Assembly (NCBI GenBank): GCA_021324735.1
Contig: JAJPIO010000009.1
Location: 450,510-514,509 of the forward strand
Direction of reading: 5' to 3'
Origin: Bacteroidota bacterium
GTDB lineage: Bacteria; Bacteroidota; Ignavibacteria; Palsa-1295
DNA length: 64,000 nt
The translations under genes and the position numbers were made by a program. This document shows positions 1 to 8,748 of this stretch, piece after piece (the first letter of the stretch is position 1; each line of letters opens with the position of its first letter). Below the pieces are notes generated by a model. It was not told the DNA's origin. It saw only the letters and a list, made by a program, of their open reading frames with translations, and ran no database searches.

Positions 1-402
1 CTGATCGATAACGCTGTTCGTGCCCTTGCGATCGATCCGGTGCGTGGGGAAGCGTACGTAGGTACTCCCTCCGGTATTTCTCGCTTTGCAACTATCTTCA
101 AGCGCGGCCACACCGATTATGCAGGAATTCATGTGTATCCTAATCCTGTCGTACAAACATCCGAGCAGAGTCCTCTTGTCTATGTTGATGGCTTGGTGGC
201 TGGCTCTACGGTGCAAGTTTTCACCCTCGATGGAAAACTTGTAACGACGATCAACGGCACGTCACTCGGCTCGACTGTAACTTGGAATGGCCGCGATGCG
301 TTAGGGCGACAAGTTGCCAGCGGACTATACCTTATTAGCGCGACTTCTCCGCAATCGGGAGAAAATGGAGTGGCAAAAGTGGTTATAATACAACGACCAT
401 AA
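1..402 (+). CDS. C-terminal fragment of a secreted protein with a T9SS (Por) C-terminal sorting domain; the 5' end lies outside the window
   Basis: The reading frame is open from the window edge. The tail (...TVQVFTLDGKLVTTINGTSLGSTVTWNGRDALGRQVASGLYLISAT...VKVVIIQ) matches the roughly 80-aa beta-sandwich T9SS CTD pattern seen again at the C-termini of the 41463 and 48347 genes. Confidence 0.55.
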   Translation: MIDNAVRALAIDPVRGEAYVGTPSGISRFATIFKRGHTDYAGIHVYPNPVVQTSEQSPLVYVDGLVAGSTVQVFTLDGKLVTTINGTSLGSTVTWNGRDALGRQVASGLYLISATSPQSGENGVAKVVIIQRP

Positions 403-473
403 TATTTTCGTAGAGACTGGTGAGTTATCAGACTGGTTCTCGTCGTAATTCATCATTTAGGATTTGATCAACG

Positions 474-785
474 ATGCCAACGTACGAATACCGCTGCCAC
501 TTTTGTAATCGCCTTTCGGATGCCTTCCAGAAGATGAGCGATCCTCCACTTATTACATGCCCTTATTGCGGTAAAGATGGCCTCGAGCGCGTTGTCTCCG
601 GTGGTGCTGGAGTGATCTATAAAGGCGAGGGATGGTACGTGACCGATTATTCAAAAAAATCGTCCGGCGGAAAAGACTCACCGTCAAGTACTTCGACCTC
701 GACGAAGGCAGATGCCAAGCCAACAGGTTCTGGTTCTTCCGAAAATACCTCTTCCGCCGGTTCAAGCTCGTCGACTGCTTCTTAG
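474..785 (+). CDS. FmdB-family zinc-ribbon protein with a Ser/Thr/Gly-rich low-complexity tail
   Basis: The N-terminus MPTYEYRCHFCNRLSDAF...ITCPYCGKDGLERVVS carries two CxxC pairs, the hallmark of FmdB/regulatory zinc ribbons. The C-terminal half is STSTSTKADAKPTGSGSS low complexity. Confidence 0.8.
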   Translation: MPTYEYRCHFCNRLSDAFQKMSDPPLITCPYCGKDGLERVVSGGAGVIYKGEGWYVTDYSKKSSGGKDSPSSTSTSTKADAKPTGSGSSENTSSAGSSSSTAS

Positions 786-1003
786 TATGTAGTCGAGCCG
801 TTGCCGTTATTTCCGTTCGTGCCGTTATTCATATCGGTGTTCGTGTTGTGCTGCATCCGATAATGCGATGAACGTCGGGAGGATGTCCGCATAGCTGTAG
901 TATGCGCTTTCCGTGTGTGTCGATGGTGTTTTTTGGCATAGGTCGGGCTTGCCAGGGAAAGGCCAAGCATGAGTACGAGTGCTGCCATTATTTTTGCGAT
1001 CAT
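782..1003 (-). CDS. Small hypothetical secreted protein, His/Arg-rich then Asn/Gly-rich
   Basis: 73 aa with a signal-peptide-like N-terminus (MIAKIMAALVLMLGLSLASPTYA) followed by KKHHRHTRKAH and NNGTNGNNGNG. It is convergent with the FmdB gene. No family was recognised, so it may be spurious. Confidence 0.3.
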   Translation of the reverse strand: MIAKIMAALVLMLGLSLASPTYAKKHHRHTRKAHTTAMRTSSRRSSHYRMQHNTNTDMNNGTNGNNGNGSTTY

Positions 1004-1168
1004 AGGCTTCTTAGTTTAGTGAATATTACTGTGAGTTTAGTGGATATTAGTGTAATATTCTTAAGGTTTGGCAAAGGATAGGCCACCCGATACTCGACCG
1101 AATCGTGGACTTCAATCGCCTTGTTTCGTGTTTCGTGGCGCGAAGATTTAGACACTTCTCATCTCATT

Positions 1169-2782
1169 ATGGCCAAAACGAACATTCCAGCATTTAAGAA
1201 CGAAGAGTATAAGGACTATTCTCTGCCACGGGAGCGCCGCGCTATGGAAAATGCCCTCCGAGCAGCTGAAAAAAAATTCGGTGAGAAGTATCCACTCGTT
1301 ATTGGTGGGAAGCGAATAATAACAGAAGGCTCTATTATTTCTCGCAATCCTGCGCACCCGGATGAGGTCGTAGGGAAATTCTCCCATGGTACGGTCGAAC
1401 ATGCTGAACAGGCGCTGCAAACGGCCCGCGAAGCATTTGTGACGTGGAGCAGAGTTCCGTTCGAAAAGCGAGCGGCACTGCTATTTAAAGCCGCAAAGAT
1501 CGCTCGCCGGCGCCGGTATGAGATCAATGCATGGATGGTGAAGGAAGTCGGTAAGAACTGGGGAGAGGCCGATGCAGATACTGCCGAAGCGATCGATTTT
1601 CTCGAGTTTTATGCACGAGAAATGATGCGTCTAGGTGGTCCACAACCGGCACATCAGCTTAAGGGCGAAAAAGACTGGCTGGAGTATTTGCCGCTTGGTG
1701 TAGGAGTGATCGTACCGCCATGGAATTTCCCGTTTGCGATCCTCGTCGGTATGTCCAGCGCCGCTATTGTTACGGGCAACACGATCGTACTGAAGCCGTC
1801 GAGCGACAGCCCCATGATGGGATGGCTCTTTACTGAGATCATGGAAGAAGCTGGACTTCCAAATGGCGTTTTGAATTTTGTAACCGCGCCTGGTGGTGAA
1901 GTTGGAGATTATCTCGTAAATAGTCCAGTCACACGTTTTGTGTCGTTTACAGGCTCGAAGGATGTCGGTCTGCGAGTGGCTCAGAATGCTGCCACGCATC
2001 GTCCGGGTCAGAAGTGGATCAAACGTGTGGTCGCTGAAATGGGCGGGAAAGATGCGATCGTTGTGGCCAAGGACGCCGATCTCGATAGTGCCGCCGAGGG
2101 TATCGTGACAAGCGCATACGGTTTCCAAGGACAAAAATGCTCTGCTTGTTCACGCGCGATCATTGAAGAATCGGTATACCCCAAGCTAATAGAAAAAATT
2201 CAGGAGCGTGTGAACGCACTGGAGATTGGCGATCCGACGGAGAACAAACGAGTCGGTCCTGTTGTGAACGAACGCGCATTTAAGAAAATACAGGAATATA
2301 TCGAGATCGGGCGTAATGAAGGACGCATTGTTGCCGGAGGCGGGTCTGTTGGAAATGAAGGGTACTATATTGCTCCGACGGTAGTAGCAGATATTGCACC
2401 CACCGCTCGTTTAGCGCAGGAGGAAATTTTTGGTCCCGTGCTCGCCCTTATTCCAGTTAAGAATTTCGATGAAGCTCTGGACGTGGCGAATAATACGGAA
2501 TATGGATTGACGGGCGCGGTATATACGAAGAGCCGTAAGAATATCGAGCGGGCTGAACGAGAGTTCTTCGTTGGTAACCTATATATCAATCGCAAGTGTA
2601 CGGGTGCAATGGTAGGCGCCCATCCGTTTGGTGGCTTTAATATGTCGGGTACCGATTCGAAAGCCGGAGGCCACGATTACCTCTTACTTTTTATGCAAGC
2701 GAAAAGCATAGCGGAGAAGATCACCACTGCGGGGAAAAAGAAAGTAGCAACGAAGAAGGTAGCTGCCAAAAAGAAGCGATAA
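1169..2782 (+). CDS. pruA: L-glutamate gamma-semialdehyde (1-pyrroline-5-carboxylate) dehydrogenase of the aldehyde dehydrogenase superfamily, with an added Lys-rich C-terminal tail
   Basis: The start is placed at MAKTNIPAFKNEEY (ATG 1169) because the ORF-track start at 1121 adds a non-conserved leader. Residues such as VIVPPWNFPFAI, EMGGKDAIVV and FGFQGQKCSACSR are typical of RocA/PruA-type P5C dehydrogenase with its catalytic Cys. The C-terminus is extended by TTAGKKKVATKKVAAKKKR. Confidence 0.9.
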   Translation: MAKTNIPAFKNEEYKDYSLPRERRAMENALRAAEKKFGEKYPLVIGGKRIITEGSIISRNPAHPDEVVGKFSHGTVEHAEQALQTAREAFVTWSRVPFEKRAALLFKAAKIARRRRYEINAWMVKEVGKNWGEADADTAEAIDFLEFYAREMMRLGGPQPAHQLKGEKDWLEYLPLGVGVIVPPWNFPFAILVGMSSAAIVTGNTIVLKPSSDSPMMGWLFTEIMEEAGLPNGVLNFVTAPGGEVGDYLVNSPVTRFVSFTGSKDVGLRVAQNAATHRPGQKWIKRVVAEMGGKDAIVVAKDADLDSAAEGIVTSAYGFQGQKCSACSRAIIEESVYPKLIEKIQERVNALEIGDPTENKRVGPVVNERAFKKIQEYIEIGRNEGRIVAGGGSVGNEGYYIAPTVVADIAPTARLAQEEIFGPVLALIPVKNFDEALDVANNTEYGLTGAVYTKSRKNIERAEREFFVGNLYINRKCTGAMVGAHPFGGFNMSGTDSKAGGHDYLLLFMQAKSIAEKITTAGKKKVATKKVAAKKKR

Positions 2783-2977
2783 AAGCTGATTTCGCAAGAA
2801 CTTCTCTAAAAAAAACGCTGTATTATAAAGTGGGCGAAAGTGGGGATTCGTGGGTGCCCTCCCGAATCTCAACAAAAATCGCCCATTTACAGGCATTCTA
2901 AAAGCGTACTCTGCCCAGACGATTTTAGAGTGTCATGTGCAGCATCCTATGTAATTCAGGGTGGCTGCTCTTACAGC

Positions 2978-3289
2978 ATGGCTCGAACTCCGATCAAAAA
3001 GCGATTAAAGCGTATTTTGCGCTCCCCGCGATTGCTGCTTATTACAGCGATCCTGACGGTGCTTGGTACCACATTGCTATTTGCGAACAAAGGGTTATGG
3101 CGCCATATAGCACTGCGGCATGAGATCAGCGATCGAAAAGAATATCTTGCGAAATTGCAGCGCGATGAAAATGAGGTTAATCGCAGGGTCAACCTTCTCA
3201 AATTGGAAGACGCTTCCATGATAGAACGAATCGCTCGCGAGCGCTATAACTTGAAGCGCCCGGGCGAAATTATTTTCAAAGAAAATTAA
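2978..3289 (+). CDS. Septum formation initiator (FtsB/DivIC family) cell-division protein
   Basis: The start is taken at MARTPIKKRLKRIL (ATG 2978). There is a single TM segment (LLLITAILTVLGTTLLF) and then a coiled coil KEYLAKLQRDENEVNRRVNLLKLEDASMIERIARERYNLKRPGEIIF, which is the classic FtsB signature. The upstream 2840 start of the ORF track is probably spurious. Confidence 0.7.
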   Translation: MARTPIKKRLKRILRSPRLLLITAILTVLGTTLLFANKGLWRHIALRHEISDRKEYLAKLQRDENEVNRRVNLLKLEDASMIERIARERYNLKRPGEIIFKEN

Positions 3290-3363
3290 GTAGGAAGTAC
3301 GTTAAGCGATAAACGGGTTAAGAAGTAGGAGTTGGCTTCTGCTCGTTATATACTTCTTAATCC

Positions 3364-4308
3364 ATGATACTTGGTGTAGATATTGGAGCAACGACGATCA
3401 AGTTGGGAGTGGTGGATACCCAGAGGGGTGAAATTGCCGCGGAGGCTTCCTTACCTACTCCACAACAAGGATCGCTCTCTGTCGCTCATGCAATAGCCGA
3501 GCGCACAAAAGAATTTTTGGCCGCATATCCGGAAATTAGATTGCTGGGTGTGGGCGTCCCCGGGTCGATGAATATCGATCGCTCGCTCGTTCGTTATCCA
3601 CCGAATTTATTAGGTTGGAAGGAAGAACCACTTCGCGATCATTTAAAGAGAGAACTCCCTCAGTTTAAAAAGATCGAAGTTGATAATGATGCTAATGTTG
3701 CTGCTTTAGCGGAGGCATATCATGGTGCAGGTAAAGGCGCATCTCACTTTTTACTGGTAACACTCGGAACGGGCGTTGGCGGTGCGATCTATATATCAGA
3801 AGAGAATTTTAAGGGTATAGTACGAGGCGCTTCCGGTGGTGCCGGAGAATTTGGTCATACTTCGATCGATCTCAACGGACCTACTTGCCAGTGCGGCTCG
3901 AGAGGATGCATCGAGGCATATCTTGGTATTCATTATCTAGCAGAACGGACGAGGAAAAAATTACTCGAGAACCCTGGCATTGTATCTTCGTTGCGAGAAA
4001 ATATAGAGATACTTTCGCCAAAGCTTATTGCTTCTGCCATGAACTCCGGTGATCGATTCGCAAGAACGGTCTTTGAAGAAGCCGGTAACTTTCTCGGTGC
4101 TGCATTGGCGAACGTTGCAAATCTGTTGGATATTCATGTATTCATCATTGGCGGTGGTGTTGCGGAGGCGGGAGACGTCTTATTCGATGCAGCCTTTGAT
4201 TCGCTACGTTCGCGAGTGCTTGAAAACTTAAAGCCGGTCGTAGAGATACATCGGGCAAAGTTTGGCAATCGAGCCGGCATTATTGGGGCGGCGATGATGG
4301 TCTCATAA
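3364..4308 (+). CDS. ROK-family sugar kinase (glucokinase-like)
   Basis: MILGVDIGATTIKLGVVD is the N-terminal ATPase motif. GHTSIDLNGPTCQCGSRGCIEAY is the ROK zinc-binding CxCGxxGC motif. Confidence 0.85.
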   Translation: MILGVDIGATTIKLGVVDTQRGEIAAEASLPTPQQGSLSVAHAIAERTKEFLAAYPEIRLLGVGVPGSMNIDRSLVRYPPNLLGWKEEPLRDHLKRELPQFKKIEVDNDANVAALAEAYHGAGKGASHFLLVTLGTGVGGAIYISEENFKGIVRGASGGAGEFGHTSIDLNGPTCQCGSRGCIEAYLGIHYLAERTRKKLLENPGIVSSLRENIEILSPKLIASAMNSGDRFARTVFEEAGNFLGAALANVANLLDIHVFIIGGGVAEAGDVLFDAAFDSLRSRVLENLKPVVEIHRAKFGNRAGIIGAAMMVS

Positions 4309-4339
4309 GTTATCCCCGGTTGTGCCGTATTTTTGTGGC

Positions 4340-5149
4340 ATGACATTTTTCGAAAAGCTTAAGCGGTCTCAGGAAAAATCAAAATCACTTCTCTGCGTCG
4401 GGTTGGATACGGATTCCCGTGGACTTCCTGATATTCTCAAAATGGAGGCGAATCCCGTTATTGCTTTTAATAAAGCTATAATCGATGCCACCAAAGATTT
4501 TGCTTGTTGCTATAAGCTTCAGTTAGCTTATTACGAAGCGTATGGTAAGAAGGGCATTGATGCGGTAGAGGAGACGCTTGCTTACATTCCCAGTGATATT
4601 TTAACGATCGGTGACGTGAAGCGGGGCGATATTGGCGCGACCAGTGAACAGTATCGATATGCGTACCAGGAGATGTTCCCGTTCGATTCGATCACGATCA
4701 ATCCACTGATGGGCTCGGATGCCGTCGAACCGTTTTTGCAGCGAGAAGATCGCGGAGTATTCTTTCTGGGGCTTACATCCAATCCGGGCGCGCGCGATTT
4801 CGAATATCTCGAACTAACGAACGGCAAGCGACTGTATGAGGAAGTGACCGATAAAGTCCGCGAGTGGAACACGGCGAAAAAAAACGCCGGGCTTGTAGTG
4901 GGCGCCACGAAGCCAGACGAGCTAAAAGCATTGCGGCAGCGCGCTCCTGAATTACCATTTCTTATTCCTGGTATTGGTGCGCAGGGTGGCTCTCTGGAAG
5001 CAGTGTTAGAAGCAAATGGCGATGGCCTTGCTCTAATCAATGTGAGCCGGGGAATTGCCGGTGTTTCAAAAGGGTCAGATTTCGCTGAAGCTGCTGGTAA
5101 GGCTGCACAGAATTATGCAGAGCAGATGCGAGCTGTTCTCTCGATGTAG
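4340..5149 (+). CDS. pyrF: Orotidine-5'-phosphate decarboxylase
   Basis: The start is at MTFFEKLKRSQEK (ATG 4340); an alternative upstream ATG lies at 4322. LLCVGLDTD, DVKRGDIGATSEQY and the overall length of about 270 aa match OMP decarboxylase. Confidence 0.85.
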   Translation: MTFFEKLKRSQEKSKSLLCVGLDTDSRGLPDILKMEANPVIAFNKAIIDATKDFACCYKLQLAYYEAYGKKGIDAVEETLAYIPSDILTIGDVKRGDIGATSEQYRYAYQEMFPFDSITINPLMGSDAVEPFLQREDRGVFFLGLTSNPGARDFEYLELTNGKRLYEEVTDKVREWNTAKKNAGLVVGATKPDELKALRQRAPELPFLIPGIGAQGGSLEAVLEANGDGLALINVSRGIAGVSKGSDFAEAAGKAAQNYAEQMRAVLSM

Positions 5150-5194
5150 TTGCCGTATTATACGGTCCTCCGTTTTTCTTCATTATCGACTACG

Positions 5195-6565
5195 ATGATC
5201 GCAGAGCGCTTCCTTCGCGAAATATGGAAGGGCGGCGAGAGTTTTCTCCAACGGCCGCTCCTTCTTTCGGATGGTTCAGAAATAACGGTGCTCGAATGCG
5301 GCATTGAAAACGAGCACCGTGGTGGTCCCGATTTCCTCGGCGCCCGTATCGTTATAGATGGCGTTGTGGTAAGTGGGGATGTGGAATTGCATCTCACTCC
5401 GAACGGGTGGAATGCTCACAACCATGAAGAGGACAATCGGTATAGCAATGTCATTCTTCATGTGGTCCTGGAATCGGAAGAAAACCACGCTGGTCCCCCC
5501 GTTCCAGAGCTTATTCTGCGTGATAACCTTTTATTTGATCGTCAAAATTTATGGACGGCACTCTTCGAGCGTGTGTATGAGCACCCGCCAGAATTAGTAT
5601 GCTTCCCTGAAAGTATCAGGCTTCCAATGCGCTTTAAGCGAAAGCTGCTGGAGAAATTTGGCAATGCTCGCCTCGAGGAGTTGATCGATCGTTATATAAT
5701 TACCAGTGAAGTACAGTCTGAGCAAACGCTGCTGGAACGCGTTTTCCAGCAAACGATGGATGCTCTGGGTTATTCTCAAAATCGTATTCCTTTTAGAGAG
5801 CTATCCTCCCTGTTACCGCTCTCACGTTTGCGGTTCGTTCGTTCCGCGTTTCCGGGCAATACATCGCTTGCATTTGAAGCACTCTTTTTTGGAGTGGCTG
5901 GCCTTCTTGTCCATCCTAACAGTGAGTTCGACACGGAGACGAACGAGCACTTGATCGAACTCCAGGCGTGTTGGAATTTACTGCAACTATCGATCCGATT
6001 CCCGGAAGTATTAGCGGAAAACGATTGGGCATTCTTCCGGCTTCGCCCGGCAAATAGCCCGCATCGGCGGCTTGCCGTAGCTGCGAAGTTAGCGGAGAAA
6101 TACTTTGGTCGGGAGGACTGGAATTTTCGCCATGAGTTTTTTAGTGAAGGACCCACCGTGACTATTGGGGAAAATTCTTACTGGGAGTCCCATACATCAT
6201 TTGGTACTCGCTTACAATCGCCACAATCGTTATTGGGCAAGGAACGGGAATCAGCCATTTGGTTAAATGTCATTTTACCCGCTCGCATTGCGCGCGTCAG
6301 AATGGAATCCGAGTCGCCGGCGCGCAGGGAGAAAGAGAAATGTCTCTCGAACGAATGGGGGAATGCTCATACTGAGTCCAGCGCAAAATTTTTGATGGTG
6401 GTCGAACAGGAACTTCTGGAAGGCGAAAACGTTAGCTCCGTGCGCTCAGAACAAGGGGCTTTGCTCTTGAAGCGAAACTTCTGCGAAAAGCATCGATGTT
6501 CTCAGTGCCCGATCGGGACTCACCTGCTGGAAACAGGTTGGAAACCGAGCCGATTTGTCAATTGA
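5195..6565 (+). CDS. DUF2851-family protein
   Basis: From MIAERFLREIWKGG (ATG 5195; a TTG at 5150 would add 15 aa), the sequence ...RGGPDFLGARIVIDGVVVSGDVELHLTPNGWNAHNHEEDNRYSNVILHVV reproduces the conserved N-terminal block of DUF2851 proteins common in Bacteroidota. The stop lies 2 nt before tRNA-Gly. Confidence 0.75.
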   Translation: MIAERFLREIWKGGESFLQRPLLLSDGSEITVLECGIENEHRGGPDFLGARIVIDGVVVSGDVELHLTPNGWNAHNHEEDNRYSNVILHVVLESEENHAGPPVPELILRDNLLFDRQNLWTALFERVYEHPPELVCFPESIRLPMRFKRKLLEKFGNARLEELIDRYIITSEVQSEQTLLERVFQQTMDALGYSQNRIPFRELSSLLPLSRLRFVRSAFPGNTSLAFEALFFGVAGLLVHPNSEFDTETNEHLIELQACWNLLQLSIRFPEVLAENDWAFFRLRPANSPHRRLAVAAKLAEKYFGREDWNFRHEFFSEGPTVTIGENSYWESHTSFGTRLQSPQSLLGKERESAIWLNVILPARIARVRMESESPARREKEKCLSNEWGNAHTESSAKFLMVVEQELLEGENVSSVRSEQGALLLKRNFCEKHRCSQCPIGTHLLETGWKPSRFVN

Positions 6566-6567
6566 AT

Positions 6568-6640
<73 letters not shown>

Positions 6641-6647
6641 CTCCAGA

Positions 6648-6672
6648 AAGCCGCTTTAAGCGGCTTTTTTCG
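6648..6672 (+). terminator. Rho-independent terminator after tRNA-Gly
   Basis: GCCGCTT-TAA-AGCGGC forms a hairpin that is followed immediately by TTTTTT. Confidence 0.7.
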
Positions 6673-6742
6673 TTTGTTCGCCCCACTAGACGAAACGCGA
6701 CTACAAAGCAATTGTGGCAGGCCTTTTGTACTGCTTGCCCCT

Positions 6743-6931
6743 ATGAAGCAGAAATATAAGGTATTAAAATTTAGAGCATTATTGGTCCTATTAATTACGC
6801 TTCCGGTAATAGGATTGAGTGGCTGCCAAGCCATCGCGGATATTTTTAAAGCAGGCGTTTGGGTAGGGGTCATTATCGTTATTATCATTTTAGCGATAAT
6901 CTTTGGGATTACACGAATGTTTAAGAAATGA
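6743..6931 (+). CDS. Small lipoprotein / membrane protein of 62 aa
   Basis: MKQKYKVLKFRALLVLLITLPVIGLSGCQAIADIF has a signal peptide with an LSGC lipobox. A second hydrophobic helix VWVGVIIVIIILAIIFGI follows. The upstream part of the ORF-track entry 6599..6931 overlaps the tRNA and is rejected. Confidence 0.5.
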   Translation: MKQKYKVLKFRALLVLLITLPVIGLSGCQAIADIFKAGVWVGVIIVIIILAIIFGITRMFKK

Positions 6932-6962
6932 GGGCGGAATAAGCGGTCCCGAACGTCGAAAA

Positions 6963-8171
6963 TTGTCGATCAAAGAAGATCTTGCTGCGGAGTTATCCCG
7001 CGAACGGTATGCATTAAGCTCGCTGCTGGAGTTTGCGCGTACGCTTACCCCCGATCTTGGTCCGCACGGTATCATTCGTAGCGTTCTTCGGACCGCGATG
7101 GGAAAATCCCTCATTAAGGAAGCCTTTGCCTATATTGAGATCTCGAATCAAACCGGCGAAGAGTTCGAACTGGCTGCTCGAGCAGGATTTGCAGATGAAG
7201 TGTTGCCGGATAAACTCGATCGACGAGGATACGAAAAGCTGATCAACGAAACGGGACATCGGTATACTGCCGTACCCTTGGTCTCTTCCGATGGAAGTGG
7301 CTACCTGGGTATGCTGGGGCTCGGGCCATCCATCAATCCGCTACTAAGCCTTGATACTGAAGCGACCTATCTGGCGTCGCTTGCGGCGTTGACATCGATC
7401 GCTCTCACAAACGCATGGCTCTTCGAGCGCGAAAAAGAACGTGAGAGATTAGAATCCGAACTTCGCCTCGCACGCGATATTCAGCAGTCGTTGTTGCCTC
7501 AGCGCTTTCCTCGAATGAAGGGGATAGAATTCGCAGCTTTTTCGAAACCCTCCGAATGGGTAGGCGGTGATTACTATGATGTGATCGAATTGGATAATCA
7601 TCGCGTCCTGTTGGCGATCGCGGACGTCGTAGGGAAGGGGGTTACCGCTGCGCTAACAATGTCCAATCTACAAGCTGCATTACGGGCCCTCGTTAGCTTA
7701 CTTCGTGTAGGTCATTACTCGTTGGTGGATGTTGTGAGCGAACTCAATCGTTTAATGTGTGAAAGTACGTCTCCGGAGCGATTTATCACGGCAGTGTTTG
7801 GCATTTTGGATTCTACAACCGGTCGGTTGGATTCTGTTGTTTGTGGCCACCCGAATCCCATGATCAGCCGGCCTGGTAAGAAAGTTATAACTGTCGAGAG
7901 CTCCGGTATTCCATTGGGCATTGTAAACGGATTCAAATATCAGCTTTGTACCGATCATCTCGACCGCGGAAGCCTTCTCGTATTTTACACGGACGGTCTT
8001 TCGGAGGCGATGTATTCCGGCAAATCGCTTGGCGAACAAGGCACGGCTGAGCTTGTCGCGGCTGTGGCCAATGGCGATGGTTCTCTCGACGAATCCCTCC
8101 ACCATGCAATGCAGGACAGCGCCATCTCGATCGAAGACGACGTAACGGTGCTCGCTGTGCAGCTTAATTAA
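6963..8171 (+). CDS. PP2C/SpoIIE-family serine phosphatase with an N-terminal GAF-like sensor domain
   Basis: The C-terminal half (GGDYYDVIELDNHRVLLAIADVVGKGVTAAL...VFYTDGLSEA...DDVTVLAVQL) is a SpoIIE/PP2C phosphatase domain. The N-terminal roughly 180 aa look GAF-like. The start is uncertain. The ORF track gives an ATG at 6903, which would overlap the upstream lipoprotein gene, so an in-frame TTG at 6963 is used here. Confidence 0.7.
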   Translation: MSIKEDLAAELSRERYALSSLLEFARTLTPDLGPHGIIRSVLRTAMGKSLIKEAFAYIEISNQTGEEFELAARAGFADEVLPDKLDRRGYEKLINETGHRYTAVPLVSSDGSGYLGMLGLGPSINPLLSLDTEATYLASLAALTSIALTNAWLFEREKERERLESELRLARDIQQSLLPQRFPRMKGIEFAAFSKPSEWVGGDYYDVIELDNHRVLLAIADVVGKGVTAALTMSNLQAALRALVSLLRVGHYSLVDVVSELNRLMCESTSPERFITAVFGILDSTTGRLDSVVCGHPNPMISRPGKKVITVESSGIPLGIVNGFKYQLCTDHLDRGSLLVFYTDGLSEAMYSGKSLGEQGTAELVAAVANGDGSLDESLHHAMQDSAISIEDDVTVLAVQLN

Positions 8172-8353
8172 AAAGCCGCGAACTTGTCGGAAAAGCGGCC
8201 TGTTAACCCGCTCCGCACCCGGGAATAGAACCAGGATTTTGCGGATTTCAAAAGATTGTTGGATTGATTTCCAGGATTATCTGGATGTGAATCATTCTGC
8301 AGATCAAACTTGGAAATCCATTTTAATCCGTGTGATCCAGGTTCTGGATTTAT

Positions 8354-8427
8354 GCGCCCGTAGCTCAGTTGGATAGAGCAACAGCCTTCTAAGCTGTGGG
8401 TCGCTGGTTCGAATCCAGCCGGGCGCG
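8354..8427 (+). tRNA. tRNA-Arg (anticodon TCT)
   Basis: Hand-folded. The acceptor GCGCCCG/CGGGCGC closes with discriminator G. The anticodon stem ACAGC/GCTGT with loop CTTCTAA gives TCT. The T-arm is GCTGG TTCGAAT CCAGC. The CTA misreading was checked and rejected using the stem register. Confidence 0.85.
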
Positions 8428-8503
8428 CGAAATTGAAACCACGATTCTTCGGATTAACGCCGATTTTCTGGATTGATTTTTAAGGATTAGATGGATTTTT
8501 CTA

Positions 8504-8640
<137 letters not shown>

Positions 8641-8748
8641 TTTCAATGAAGAATTAAGAATGAAGAGTTAGACTCGGTTCAGAACCAGATCTGATATTCC
8701 CGAAATTCTTCTCTCTTAATTCTTCATGCTTAATTCTTCGTTATCATC

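Noticed and set aside
1148-2134. Antisense ORFs inside pruA (1148..1420, 1216..1527, 1631..2134 minus), and similar long antisense ORFs inside uvrA, the T9SS adhesin, uvrA2 and others.
   Set aside because: There are no recognisable motifs. They lie entirely within strongly supported sense-strand genes and have low-complexity Arg/Ser-rich composition typical of antisense frames in GC-rich DNA.
8354-8427. tRNA with a CTA (amber-suppressor) anticodon.
   Set aside because: A first-pass loop assignment gave CTA. Aligning the 5-bp anticodon stem ACAGC/GCTGT places the loop as CTTCTAA, which gives anticodon TCT (Arg).
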